Source of the DNA: Haliotis rubra
Taxonomy: Eukaryota
Reading direction: 5' to 3'
Assembly: GCF_003918875.1 (NCBI RefSeq)
Contig: NW_025767157.1
Span: 1,178,001-1,242,000, forward strand
DNA: 64,000 nt
Shown here: positions 63,760 to 64,000 of the stretch, one piece after another
Numbering within the stretch: the stretch's first letter is position 1
Layout: every line of letters begins with the position of its first letter
Notes under the pieces: model-generated
What the model saw: only the letters and a program-made list of their open reading frames with translations
Database searches by the model: none
What the model was told of the DNA's origin: nothing
Program-made: the position numbers and the translations under genes

Positions 63760-63909
63760 AACCCCACCATTCTGAGCACACAGAGTACATTGATTTAGCT
63801 ACAGCTAAACATCAGCTGTCTGGGATTTTACAAAGGATGGACATTTTGGACCTGGTAGCATTTGACCAGTGGTTAAAGAAAATGAAGATTGGTCGGGACA
63901 CTGCAACAG
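63760..63909 (+). CDS. Crypton-derived protein B, exon 2 (conserved module; gene continues past the right edge)
   Basis: Boundaries TTCTTCCAG|...G|GTACAG, phase 1/1; encodes EYIDLATAKHQLSGILQRMDILDLVAFDQWLKKMKIGRDTAT. Confidence 0.85.
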
Positions 63910-64000
63910 GTACAGTTTCATTTCATGTTGTCAGAGTGGGGTATCTTTACAGGTTACATGACTAAAGGCAAATTGGCACCTTAATGTCTTTCACAACTCT

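Overview
This is eukaryotic, intron-rich animal DNA. The (CACT)n-tailed SINEs and the gene content suggest a gastropod mollusc such as abalone, which is an inference. Four host genes are supported. (1) The 5' half of a group I (GRM1/5-like) metabotropic glutamate receptor lies on the minus strand, with 4 coding exons from 16754 to 275, and continues off the left edge. (2) A 9-coding-exon CCR4/nocturnin/angel/PDE12-family EEP phosphoesterase lies on the plus strand (37945-48041). It has a very long RS-rich and acidic disordered N-terminus and two probable homopolymer assembly errors. (3, 4) Two tandem, spliced, catalytically dead Crypton (DUF3504-like, tyrosine-recombinase-derived) genes start at 53874 and 60902. 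They appear to derive from different Crypton subtypes, yet both splice onto a homologous, unrecognised ~45-aa exon; this is the best candidate for an undescribed system. Repeats include a dead Tc1 (DD34E) element, a 2-kb TTAA-flanked Kolobok-type element, two copies of a CAG..CTG MITE with 6-bp TSDs, a long-TIR MITE, a LINE zinc-knuckle remnant and several large minisatellites. Two SINE-like families share one 3' tail; one of them has a non-tRNA 5' head that folds as a covarying pseudoknot resembling a ribozyme. All coordinates and folds were derived by eye, without tools.
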